Below, one piece after another: positions 63,171 through 64,000 of a DNA stretch of 64,000 bases. The stretch spans positions 38,254,001 through 38,318,000 of the forward strand of contig NC_135663.1 in assembly GCF_964188315.1 (NCBI RefSeq), given 5' to 3'. The notes beneath the pieces were generated by a model. The model saw only the letters and a list, made by a program, of their open reading frames with translations, did not search any database and was not told the DNA's origin. This DNA comes from Podarcis muralis (Eukaryota). Positions within the stretch are counted from its first letter, which is position 1. Every line of letters starts with the position of its first letter. The position numbers and the translations under genes were made by a program.

Positions 63171-64000
63171 AAATATATAACAGATGTGTTATAAAAGATA
63201 TAACAAAGGCTACATCATTGAAATCCCCCCCCCCCATTTTGTTATTCCTCAACCCATGTAAAAACCAAGGATGTGATAGCAATTTCAAGTCAGTTGTGCA
63301 AAATCTCTGCACACCTAACAACATTAAGAGACAAGGAAAAATGAGAAATAAACATGAGAAACTTCACAGATACATTAATCCAAATAGCCATTATGTGAGA
63401 GGTGTGTGATAGATCGTGTGTGATAGGCCACACAAGAAGAGAGTTTATACACTCCAGTTTAATAGCATTCTTACTACTGAGTGAACAAAACATCATAATT
63501 TCCCAAATGGGCTGTCAACTCGCTCTCTCAAATCTCTTTCTTCTCTCAACTCAGTTTGTAGTGAATAGCGCCCAATTCACATTAGACTTTTTTCACAGTA
63601 ATCACTCTCATATGAAGTGATATGAAGTGGCCTCCCACAGGGCAGCAGAAATGTATAAACCAGCAACACAGTGGCTTGCTTTGTATATAACACTAAGATG
63701 AGTCATGGGGGAAGCATGAAGAAGTGAGTATGTGAGTGCATGGAGTTACAACTGTGGCTGCGTTGCAGTCCCCTGGTCCTGCTGCTGAGCCACATGAAGC
63801 TTAGGCACAAGCCCATAGTTTGTCTCGCTCCAGCTAAACCATGGTTCCTCTTGCTCCAGATATACTACAAGCTGCAGCCATGGTTTGCTCTTTGCTTATC
63901 ACTCAATGTTTGCCAGAAGGAGACGAAGCACGAGGCTGGGTTTTGATGTAACACTAAGCCAAACTACGGCTTAGCTCTGGATAGTGCAGCTGGACCAGGG

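Overview
Vertebrate genomic DNA, most likely a lacertid lizard. This is inferred from a lacertid-type Sauria SINE, Bov-B, and squamate-type CR1/L2/MITE repeats. The window holds the 3' two-thirds of the mineralocorticoid receptor gene NR3C2 on the minus strand. Seven coding exons (equivalent to human exons 3-9) have canonical GT-AG sites and splice into one open frame: 1189 nt in the window, running from the DNA-binding domain through the hinge and ligand-binding domain to TGA at 6631-6633. A 3-4 kb 3'UTR follows. Exon 2 (the N-terminal domain) lies beyond the right edge. The introns are rich in transposon remnants: Tc1/mariner and hAT MITEs, CR1, L2, Bov-B, an L1 ORF1 relic, solo LTRs, tRNA-derived SINEs and Penelope-like fragments. 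The most notable observations are (1) a 208-bp Penelope-like insertion that is a 78-bp hairpin carrying an intact minimal hammerhead-ribozyme core on the NR3C2 sense strand, (2) a retained +12-nt alternative donor after exon 3, (3) miR-124/135/19 seed sites and tandem poly(A) signals in the 3'UTR, and (4) a tRNA-Lys SINE split at its anticodon loop by an L2 insertion. I found no evidence for a wholly new gene system. All coordinates were read by eye, and repeat family names are pattern-based rather than from database searches.
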